A DNA stretch of 62,610 nt, counting the filler, from Hausera hauseri (Eukaryota): the NCBI GenBank assembly GCA_046269625.1. It is 10 parts of 10 records of this genome, joined end to end, with 100 filler letters (N's around TTAATTAATTAA, not from the genome) between each part and the next. Parts side by side here need not be neighbours in the genome. Positions count along the whole stretch, not along the records: positions 21,442 to 31,166 come from JBJURY010301056.1; positions 31,267 to 39,808 come from JBJURY010608776.1; 8 more parts are not named here. One strand, given 5' to 3'. A program made the position numbers and the translations under genes. The notes under the pieces are model-generated. The model worked only from the letters and a program-made list of their open reading frames with translations. It was not told the DNA's origin and did not search any database. Shown piece after piece: positions 24,838-34,200 of the stretch. Each line of letters opens with the position of its first letter. Positions within the stretch are counted from its first letter, which is position 1.

Positions 24838-27180
24838 CTAAACATAGCCAGTTATTCTCTCGTCTAAATCGGAAATGGATTCGTGGCGTTCTCGAACTGT
24901 TACGGAATTTGTTTCCAAACTATAACTGTAGTGGGGTTTTATTCTAACGACTCGCGTATAGCTTCCGTTCGAGTAATACTTAAGCTCTGTAGCTTCAGCC
25001 CGACATACTGGACACGTGGTCTTCCCATTGTCGAGGGTCCATTTTTCGAGGCAGTCTCTGCAATATTTATGTCGGCAATTTTTGTTATCGAGGATTACAT
25101 AACCTTGTTGTAAGTTAGCTTCGCAGACGGGACATTCGTTTTCTTCCTTGCCCCAATCGTCCCGATCCAAGTCTACTTGGATGGTTAGCTCAATCGGCTC
25201 AAATACAAGGCCGTCTTTATCTTGATATAGATACCCATGGATTATCTTTTGTTTCGGGTTAACGGAGCTTTTTCTGGGATCACAATCAACTTGTATTAAT
25301 GTCCAGTCGGCCATGAGGTCCTTATCTAAGTCGGGAATGATTCCTTCCATTCTATATTTCTTGTATTGTTTCTTCAGTAGAACTCGAATTTGTCTATCTA
25401 CTGGCACTATTATCTTTCCTGTCCTTTTTGAGCGAAAAATTGAGGTTAGGTAGGTTCCGAGTTTGCTGTTTTCCCATACATAAGTATTTTCAAATACTTC
25501 TCGGTTTGGTGCGATTTTGATGAAAAACATGGCCTCCTTTATTATCTTTTTACTGTAGTACTCTGTGGTGATTAGCATCTTTGGAAATTCCTTTGTAGTT
25601 CTATAGTGTGCGTCCTCTTTATTTCTTTTCGATATCAAGGTATTGATCTCAGTTATTAGGGGACTCCTAATTCCCCTTTTCAATGGCTGTATATCTTGGG
25701 AAGTGCCTGATTGATTTTTCTGAATCTCCGTTCCTAATTCTCCGTCTATTTTCCGTCTTTTAAACAAGTAATTGTATATCGATAGGGTTTTCCTGCTTTT
25801 AGGTTTTTCTTCGACTTTCGTACCTTCGGTCGAGGTTCCGGGCCTCATTGCTTCCATGTCCTCCCTGGTTTTTATCACATCTCCTTTTGGTATTTTCTCT
25901 TTTCGAGCGTTCCGCGTTTTTGTATTCTCTTTGATGGTCCGTTCTGGTACTGTGATGTGGAGACTATGTTGGTCCGTTAACTGGACAGATCGAATTGGGG
26001 AATAAAGCTTTATGCCCTTTCTATGTTTTCCGTCTATTCGCTCTGGAACTATCGAGTTGCGTAAGTTTTCTATGGGATTCTTTGGGGTCCACTCGTGTTC
26101 CCACTTTAATTTGACATATATCTCCCGCAAGTGTTTGGACCGTTGGCTGGCCGTCATAAGTCTGGGTATCTTGCTTTGATCATCACTCATGGCCTCAATA
26201 GCTAATTTGAGAATTGCTTCTGGTGCTGTAGGTGGATTTCTCCCTTGTATTGTTTTTTTCATCCGTTCTTGAACTATTGGGTGATGGGCTATTTCCCTAA
26301 ATCCGGCAATATTTGCATCGGATATTTCTAATAGCTCCATGTTGTACTGTGCGTAATATCCAGTTACCATACATCCGTATAGGCAATGTTCTAATTCTGA
26401 TCGTACCTGATAGCTGTCTTTCCCATTTATTAATTGGTCTTTCCTTAAACCTGTTACTTCTGCATATGTTTCTTGAACATGCTTCCGGGGGTTTATAATA
26501 GTTGAATATATTTCTTCTCCATTTCTCTCTCTGACTGATACATCTATAGGAATTCCGTATCCATCGTCTCCTCTACCGCAATTTATCGCTATGATTCTTA
26601 TATTCCGTCCATCTTGGACTAATCTGTATGCTTGTCGGTGTCTATCCTTTTCTTCCTCGGTTGGTGTCTGTATGAACTGTAACGCTGGCAAACCTAAGTT
26701 GCAGCTTTCTTTACTAGTTACTTCGAACATCAACTTGACGGGTAGTACCGCTACTCGAAATTCTATCTCATACTTAACGGATTCTAAACCTTGTCCGCTG
26801 ATCTTAAACGTGCTGAACCGATACTGGCGCCCTTCATCGTTATTCCATGGCTGGTTCTTTATTCTATAATAAATCTCTCCATCCGCGAGGTGTATAAAGA
26901 GATTCTCCACTCGGTTTACTTTATTATGAATTAACTCCTTCAGATCGTACGATTTGGCTTGATGGTTGTCTCTCATAGCATATAACAGGACGGTACGGTT
27001 GTCCTCTGTAGTGCCTTTTAAATCGTTGGGTATTTCAGTCACTTTTTGATATCCCAGGTATGCTTTTGTCTGCATTGCGTCGTTGATTCTTCTGTATAAT
27101 CCTTTGGATTTCGGAATGAGGACTGTTCCGTATTCTTGTAGAAAGGCGTCGATCCTAGGTCGGCTGTTCGTACTTACCAT
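24838..27180 (-). CDS. 780-aa accessory protein: unknown N-terminal domain, inactive REX4/ISG20-like DEDDh exonuclease fold (~26110-26605), basic linker, C3HC4 RING finger (~25000-25134)
   Basis: IIAINCG..IDVSVR..NGEEIYSTIINP...VTGLRKDQL..GKDSYQVRSELEHCLYGCMVTGY..YNMELL..LKLAIEAM..KIPRLMTASQRSKHLREIY follows REX4-like spacing but lacks the acidic/His catalytic residues. The RING is CPVC-x15-CRHKYCRDC-x12-CPVC. Confidence 0.85.
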   Translation of the reverse strand: MVSTNSRPRIDAFLQEYGTVLIPKSKGLYRRINDAMQTKAYLGYQKVTEIPNDLKGTTEDNRTVLLYAMRDNHQAKSYDLKELIHNKVNRVENLFIHLADGEIYYRIKNQPWNNDEGRQYRFSTFKISGQGLESVKYEIEFRVAVLPVKLMFEVTSKESCNLGLPALQFIQTPTEEEKDRHRQAYRLVQDGRNIRIIAINCGRGDDGYGIPIDVSVRERNGEEIYSTIINPRKHVQETYAEVTGLRKDQLINGKDSYQVRSELEHCLYGCMVTGYYAQYNMELLEISDANIAGFREIAHHPIVQERMKKTIQGRNPPTAPEAILKLAIEAMSDDQSKIPRLMTASQRSKHLREIYVKLKWEHEWTPKNPIENLRNSIVPERIDGKHRKGIKLYSPIRSVQLTDQHSLHITVPERTIKENTKTRNARKEKIPKGDVIKTREDMEAMRPGTSTEGTKVEEKPKSRKTLSIYNYLFKRRKIDGELGTEIQKNQSGTSQDIQPLKRGIRSPLITEINTLISKRNKEDAHYRTTKEFPKMLITTEYYSKKIIKEAMFFIKIAPNREVFENTYVWENSKLGTYLTSIFRSKRTGKIIVPVDRQIRVLLKKQYKKYRMEGIIPDLDKDLMADWTLIQVDCDPRKSSVNPKQKIIHGYLYQDKDGLVFEPIELTIQVDLDRDDWGKEENECPVCEANLQQGYVILDNKNCRHKYCRDCLEKWTLDNGKTTCPVCRAEATELKYYSNGSYTRVVRIKPHYSYSLETNSVTVRERHESISDLDERITGYV

Positions 27181-27181
27181 T

Positions 27182-27210
27182 CTAAAAACAAATACAAAAT
27201 AAGGGTCAAT
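27182..27210 (-). promoter_or_regulatory. Putative splice acceptor for the accessory ORF
   Basis: TTGAC-CCTTATTTTGTATTTGTTTTTAG|A ATG GTA AGT. The homologous site in copy C is ATTAAC-CT(n)ATTTTAG|C AGA GTA AGT ATG (49161-49195), in the same phase. Confidence 0.7.
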
Positions 27211-27282
27211 CCTGAAACAAAGTATTGTTCTAAATTTGAACCAATTCTTTGTTTGATGGTGGAATAACCCAATCTGTAGTTG

Positions 27283-30200
27283 TCAGGTTATTCCATCATT
27301 GATTTCATCCTGTGGTACCATCACCCTTAATTCCCTTTCATTAATTTTATGACGCTTAATACAACAATTTTTGGCAATTAATCGAAAAATCGCAATGATC
27401 ATTACGAGAGCGAACACTGATATACCAATAAGCGATATTAGTGACATCGTTGTCCATTTATTTGAATTCTCTATTTTGACGGTAGTTATAATTTTGTCAT
27501 TTGCTTTGTCCTCATTTGATAGTTGCTTCATAGAAATTTCGTTTAAAGTTCGTGCTGTAAATACTACACTTTGTTTACTTTCTGCTTTCATTTGTATTAT
27601 ATAATTTGTCCTAGGTTTTAATCCGATACATTTAATTTGACGACTGCCACTTGGCAGTATGACTTTCTGGTCATTATACAATGTTCGACAGCTTATTCTT
27701 ACTTCGTATTTAAGTTTTTCTTCCGCAACGAATGTTATCTCGTTTTGTTGTGCCAGATATTTTACCGGGATCGTTTCTAATTTTTCTGATGGTGATCCGG
27801 TTGTTCGGTAGAGTCTAATAGGAACTGGGGTAATTTTATTCCTTTTTATAATCGTAGTTTTGTTCATATTTGGTTTCGGCATAATCCCTTTGAATAAATA
27901 ATTCAATAGGTAGCTTCCTAAGAAAATACTTGACTGATTGATTCTTACTTCATACAAGTCTAGTCGAATTTTATATCCATGTGCTTGAGGCGTTTTGCAG
28001 CATCTGTCGGGCCTTTCTGAGTCAATCTGACAATATTGTTGATGTAAAATCGGTTTGTCTTCCTTGAAAAAGTTAACTGTGATTACTCGTCCTTTAACCA
28101 GCCGTCTTTTAGTGTTGATTTGAACACATCGATCTTTTTGGTTTTCTTCTACGTTTTCTATATTTTCCTCTAACATTCGTTTGAGTGGGTCCATAGACTG
28201 GAGTAAGTCCTCCGAATCGGTACTTCGGTAATCTTCATAGTTTTGAGGTAGCACTAAATATGAATTCAAGATTATTTCCGCTTTTACTTTATCACAGTTT
28301 GGTGGATATAATTGGTATCGCACAGTATAAGAATGTCCATATTTCACGTTACAACAAGTCGTATCATCTTCTGACTCGAATCTACATTCGCTTTCTTCAT
28401 GGTTCGATATATCACGGAACAGTATCCGAGTTTGTCCTTCACGTAAATCTGGTAATCTGAATCCGACACATGGGGTTTCTGGTGAAAAGTAATCAATTGT
28501 TATAGCTCGTAAGAATTTTTCATCTCTTGGTTCTATTTTATTTTCGGGCAATTTTTCTGGAGGTTTTAACTCATTTAACCCAATTTTTCTAATCCCATAT
28601 ACATCACTTAATGAACTTTCATCGATCCACCATTGTGCTTGAGTCTTGGGCGTTAATGCAGCAATTAATGATAAGGCTACTATGATTTGAGCATACGATA
28701 CTGGTCTGGTGATAATTGATGAGGTCTTATTTTCACGTGGTCTCAGATTGTACTGTTTGATCGGTTTTATGTCTGTTTTAACTACTCTTTGCACTGATAC
28801 AACTTCTTCCTTTCCATTTTTATTAACATATACTGTGGTCGGCGTTGTTCGGACTACTTCGTATGGTCCTCTTCCGGTACGTGTTAATTTCAAGGATGTA
28901 CCTTTTTTGGCTACCGGATAATGTATGTAAACCCAATTTCCTTTCTCCAGATCGTGAGGCTTGATTTTTTTATCATATTGTTTCTTAAATTGTTCTTGAT
29001 ATTCGAGTGATAGTGTTTTCGCGACTTCCCAACATTTCTGCAATCTTGTTTGTAGAACTTCTGCAAAGTTTTGTTCTAAATCCTCTAAGTTCTTTTCATA
29101 TGGCGTCATGCCTAGGTCTGTGGGTAAGATTGCTTCTCGTCCGTACATCATGAAAAATGGTGTAAATCCTGTTGCTGGATGTGGGGTAGTGTTAATTGCG
29201 AACTGAGTTCCTTCTAGGAATTCATCCCAATCCTTTTGGTCCTTTGCCACTACCGTTGATAATATTCGAATAACTGTTGCATTCATTCGCTCTACCATTC
29301 CGTTGCATTGAGGGTGATATGCAGTTGTCGTTAAACGTTCGATTTCAAATATTTTAGTGATCTTCTCAAATAATTCACTTGTAAAGTTTCTTCCTCTGTC
29401 TGTTAGTATCTGTTCTGGTGGTCCATATCTGCAAATAATTTTCCTTACTACTGCATCGGCTAAGGTTTCTGCTTTCTGATCTATCAGCGCTACTAGTTCA
29501 ACGAAATGCGTTAATCGGTCTACGCATGTTAGGATATATCTGTTATTTCTGTGTGTTTTAGGCAAGGGTCCCACTATGTCCATTGACATAGCTTGCATTG
29601 GCCTATCTGGCACGTTTATGGGTTTTAATTCCGCTACATAGCCCTTTGATTTCTTTTGTTTAGTAGCACAAACTTCGCAGGCTCCTACCCAATTCTTCAC
29701 ATCGATATAGATGCTTGGCCAATAATATTTATTCAGTATCCTTTCTAACGTCTTTTTCCAGGACATATGTCCGGCTAAATATGAATCGTGTTCCGCCATA
29801 AGCACTTCAGGTCGTAATTCCTTGGGAATAACTATCAATCTCCGTCCTTTTCGTTCGTAGTATAAGACGTTATCTTGATTTGACACATGATATTTATGTC
29901 CGTGTTTTTGTAGGTGCTTTTTCAATTGTCGTCCTTTCGGTAGCTTATTGTCTTGTACGAACTCAATAATTTGTTGAATGACCGTATCCTTAGTTTGTTC
30001 GGCTGTGATTCTAACTGTTTTGTCTAATATTAGAGTCTTCTGTCGTTCAATCAGTTGCTCGAGTTGTGGTTTCTTAAATACTGTAATCGCACTGGTTTTT
30101 GTTTTAAGCCTTGACAGTGCATCGGCATCAACGTGTTTGCTACCAGGTTTATACTGAAATTCGATATTATATCTCGAGATTTCTTCAATCCATCGATTTA

Positions 30201-31166
30201 ATCTACACGTTGGATTATTAGCTCGTCCCTTTATCGTCGTAACTGCTTTATGATCCGTTACTATGATTATTTTTTGTCCATAAACGTAGACATTAAAATG
30301 TCGTAGTGCTTCTTTCACAGCTAATGTTTCTAATTCGGTGACCGAATAGTTCTTTTCTGCTTTCTTTAGTGAACGTCCTCCGTATGCTATTGGATGTTCT
30401 AATTCCTCGTCTTCACGTTTCTGAGCCAGTTCATATCCTATGCCTTCCTTACTTGCGTCCGTTTTGATGATAAATGGTAGATTGAAATCTGGATATCTTA
30501 GGACTGGTTCACTAGTTAAAATCTTTTTCATTTCGTCGAATGCCTTTTGTTCTACTTCTGTCCATTTCCACTTAATTCCTTTCTTGAGTAATCGGTACAG
30601 CGGAGCATTAATTTTTGAGTTGTCCGGCACGTAAGTGGCGTAATAACCGCATAGACCTAACCAATGTCTCAACTCTTTCTGATTTTGCGGTTCCATACAG
30701 TCCGATATTTTATTTAGCAATGATTTATCAGGTTTCGATCCTCCTTCTCCAACTATGTGTCCAAGATACGATACGGCATTTTGTGCCCATTTACATTTCT
30801 TTGGATTTAATTTTAGTCCGGCTTGTTCTAGTCGCATAAGTGTATCTTCGACATCCTTTAAATGTTCTTCTTCTGTTTTTGATGCTACCATCACGTCATC
30901 TAAGTATGCGAATGCATGGTCAAGTCCCATGAGCATCTTATTCATCATTCTGGTAAAAATAGCTGGTCCTGTGGTGATACCAAAAGGCATAACATTAAAT
31001 TCATATACACCATCGTGTGTTTTAAACGCCGTTTTATATCGATCTTCTTCTTCGATTTCCACTTGCCAATATCCCGATTGTAAGTCGAGAGTGGTAAACC
31101 ATTTTGCTCCTGATAATCTGTCGAGGGCTTCCTTTACTGATGGTAAAGGGAACGAGTCCTTCATCA
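27283..31166 (-). CDS. pol: Pol polyprotein (RT, RNase H, IN) with an in-frame ~470-aa type I membrane protein extension (27283-28695); 5' truncated
   Basis: YLDD, TDAS/ELE/TDHK, H..GH..CEVC, DDE, GPY, YNLRP. Then signal-like YAQIIVALSLIAALTPKTQA, two C..C-x8-9-CC..Y repeats, FN3-like GLKPRTNYIIQMKA, TM WTTMSLISLIGISVFALVMIIAIF and tail KNCC. Confidence 0.95.
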
Positions 31167-31266
31167 NNNNNNNNNNNNNNNNNNNNNNNNNNNNNNNNNN
31201 NNNNNNNNNNTTAATTAATTAANNNNNNNNNNNNNNNNNNNNNNNNNNNNNNNNNNNNNNNNNNNN

Positions 31267-34200
31267 TTTCTCTCTCCCTCTCTTTCTCTCCCTCTCTCTT
31301 TCTCCCTCTTTCTCTCTGTAGCTCTCTGTTCCTATCTTTCCCCTCTCTCTCTCCTTCTCTTCCTCTCTCTCTCTCATAATCTCTTTCTCGCTCTTCCTCT
31401 CTCCCTCTCTCTTCCTCTCTCTCTTCTTTTCTCTCTCCTTCTCTCTCTACCTCTCCCTCTCCCTCTCTCTCTCCCTCTCTCTTTCCTTCTCTCCCACTCT
31501 CTACCTCTGTTTCTCCCTCTCTCTCACTTATTTTCTGTCCCTCTTTGTCCCTGCATCTTTCTCCCTCTTTCTGTCTCTTTCTCTCTCTCTACATATGTCC
31601 TTCTAACACTCCCCCTCTCTCCCTCTCTATCACTCTCTTTCGTCTTTTCTTTCTATCTCTCCCTCTCTCCCTCTGTTTCTCCCTGTCTCTCTCACTCTCT
31701 CTCTCCCTCTCTCTCTCTCCCTTTCTCTCTCCTCCCGTTAACTGTCCCTTTCTCTCTCCCTCTCTCTATCTCTCTCTCCCCCTCTCTCTCTCCCTGTCTC
31801 TCCCTCTATCACTCTCCCTCTCTCTTGGTCTCTCTTTCTACATCTGTCTCTCTTACAGACTCTCTCATTCTCACTATCTCTCTCTTTCCCTTTCTCTTTC
31901 TCCCTTCCTCTCTCTCTGTGTCTCTCTCACTCTCTCTCTCTCTGTCCCTCTCACTTTCTCTCCCTCTCTCACTATTTCCTTCTCACCCTCTCCGTCTCTC
32001 TCCGTCTCTCCCCTTTCTCTCGCTCTCCCTCGATCCCTCTCTCCCTGTCTCTCTCTCCATCTCTCTTTCTCGCTCTCTCCCCTCTCTCTCTTCCTTCCTC
32101 TTTCTCTCATTCTCCCTCTCTCTCTCTCTATCCCTTTCTCTCTACCTCCCTCTCTTCTCTTTCTCTCTTCCTTTCTCTCTCCCTCTCTCTGTCCCTCTCT
32201 CTGTCCCTCTCTGCCACTCTATCTCTGTTTATATCTGTCAATCACTCTCTCTCTGTCTATCTCATTCTGGCTTACACTCTTTCTCTCTCTCTGTCGCGCT
32301 TCCCCTCTCTCTGTCCTTCTCTCCCTCTCCCTTTTTCTCTCTCTCACTGCCTCGCTCTCTCCCCCTCTCTCTCGCTCTCTATCTCTTCCTCACTATCTCT
32401 CCCTTTCTTGCTCTCTGTCCCTCTCTCAACCTGTCTCTCCCTCCCTCACTCTCACTCTCTCTTTTTCTCTCTCTCTCCATCTCTCTCTCTACCTCTCTCT
32501 CTCCTTCTCTTTCGCTGTCTCTTTCTTTCTATATCTATCTCCCTCTCTCAATCGCTCTCTCTTTCTCTCTCCTCCACTCCTTCTCTCTCCCGCTCTCGTT
32601 CTCCCCCTATCTCTCTCCCTCTCTCTCTCCCTCTCTCTGGCCCTCTCTTTCACTCTCCCTCTCTATATCTCTCTCTCTCGCTCTCTGCCTTTCTCTCTCT
32701 CTCCCTCTCCCTCCCTACCTGTCTCTCCCCCTCTGTCTACCTTTCTCTCTCCCTCTCTCCCTCTCGACCGCTCTCTTCCTGTCTTTCTCACTTTATCGCT
32801 CTCACGCTCTCTCTCGCTGCCTCTCTTTCTCTCCTCTCCCCATCTATCTCTCTTTCCCTCCCTCTCCCTTTCTCCCTCTCCCTCTCTCTCACCCTGTAAC
32901 ATTTTATTTCTCTCCTTCTCTCCTTCGCTCTTTCTCTCCCTCTCTCTCTTTCCGTCTCTCTATTCCTCTTTCTCTCGCCCAATTTCTCACGCGCCCAGTT
33001 CTCCCTCTCTCTCTACCTTTCTCACTCTCTCCGTCTCACTCTCGGCTGCTCTCTCTCTTTCGCTCACTCTGCCTGTCTTTCTCTCTCCCTCTCTTTCTCT
33101 CCCTCTCTCTTTCTCCCTCTTTCTCTCTGTAGCTCTCTGTTCCTATCTTTCCCCCTCTCTCTCTCCTTCTCTTCCTCTCTCTCTCTCTCATAATCTCTTT
33201 CTCGCTCTTCCTCTCTCCCTCTCTCTAACTCTCCCTCTCTCTTCCTCTCTCTTTTCCTCTCTCTCTCTCATTCTCTCTCTACCTCTCCCTCTCCCTCTCT
33301 CTCTCCCTCTCTTCCTCCTCTGTCTCTCAGTCTCCCACTCTCTCTCACTTTCTCTCCCTCTATCTGTCCCTCTCCCTCTCCCTCGGTCCATCTCTCTGTC
33401 CTTCTCTCTCTCCCTTTCTCTCTCCCTTTCTCTCTCCCTTTCTCTCTCCCTCTCTCTCCTACACTCTCCCTCTCTCTTTCTCTATCACTTTCTCTTTCAC
33501 ACTCCCTTTCCCTCTCTCTCTCGCCCTCTCTTTCACTCTCCCTCTCTCTTTCTCTCTCTCTCTCTCTACATTTCTCTCTCTCTACGTCTCACTCTCTGCC
33601 TCTCTCTTTTTGCTGCTCTCTCTCTCTCTCTGTTTCTGTCTCTCTCTCTCCCTTTCTCTCTCCCTCCGCTTCCTTGACTCTCTCTCCGCCCCTCTCTCGC
33701 TCTCTCTCTCCCTCTCTTTCTTTCGCTCCCTCTCTCCCTCCATCTGTTTCTCCCTCTCTCTTTCTCCCTCTCGCTGTCAATCCCGCTCCCTTTTACTCTT
33801 TCTCCCTTTATCTTTCTCCTTCACTCTTTCTCGCCCTCACTCTCACTGTCCCTCGCTATCCCTCTGTCTCTTTCTCGCGCTCTATTCCTGTTTCTCTCCC
33901 CCCATGTCTCTCACGCTCTCTCTCCCTCTCTTTCTCTTTCCCTCTCTCTCTGCATCTCCCTCTCCCTTTCTCGCTCTCTATCTCTCTCGCTCTCTCTCCC
34001 TCCCTCTGTCCTTCTCTCTCACCCTCTCTCCCTCTCTCTTTTCTTTCTTTCTCTATGCCGGTCTCTTTTTCTCTTTCTCCTCCTATCTCTCTCCTTCCCT
34101 CTCCCCTTCTCTCTCTCCTTATCTCACTCTATCTCTCCCTCCTCTCTTTCCCTTTCTCGCTCATCCTCTCTCTCTCACTTTCTACCTCTCTCTCTCCCTC

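Larger units (their letters stand above)
24838..31166 (-). mobile_element. Ty3/gypsy-type retroelement, family copy B (open ORFs, 5' truncated): RT-RNase H-IN-surface protein, then pseudo-exonuclease/RING ORF
   Basis: Two long uninterrupted ORFs 102 nt apart. The same organisation is present in copy C (44231-51592). Confidence 0.92.

Noticed and set aside
30440-31222. Plus-strand ORFs overlapping pol (also 798..1004, 2712..3068, and minus-strand 45641..46111)
   Set aside because: They are antisense shadows of pol coding sequence with no independent motifs.
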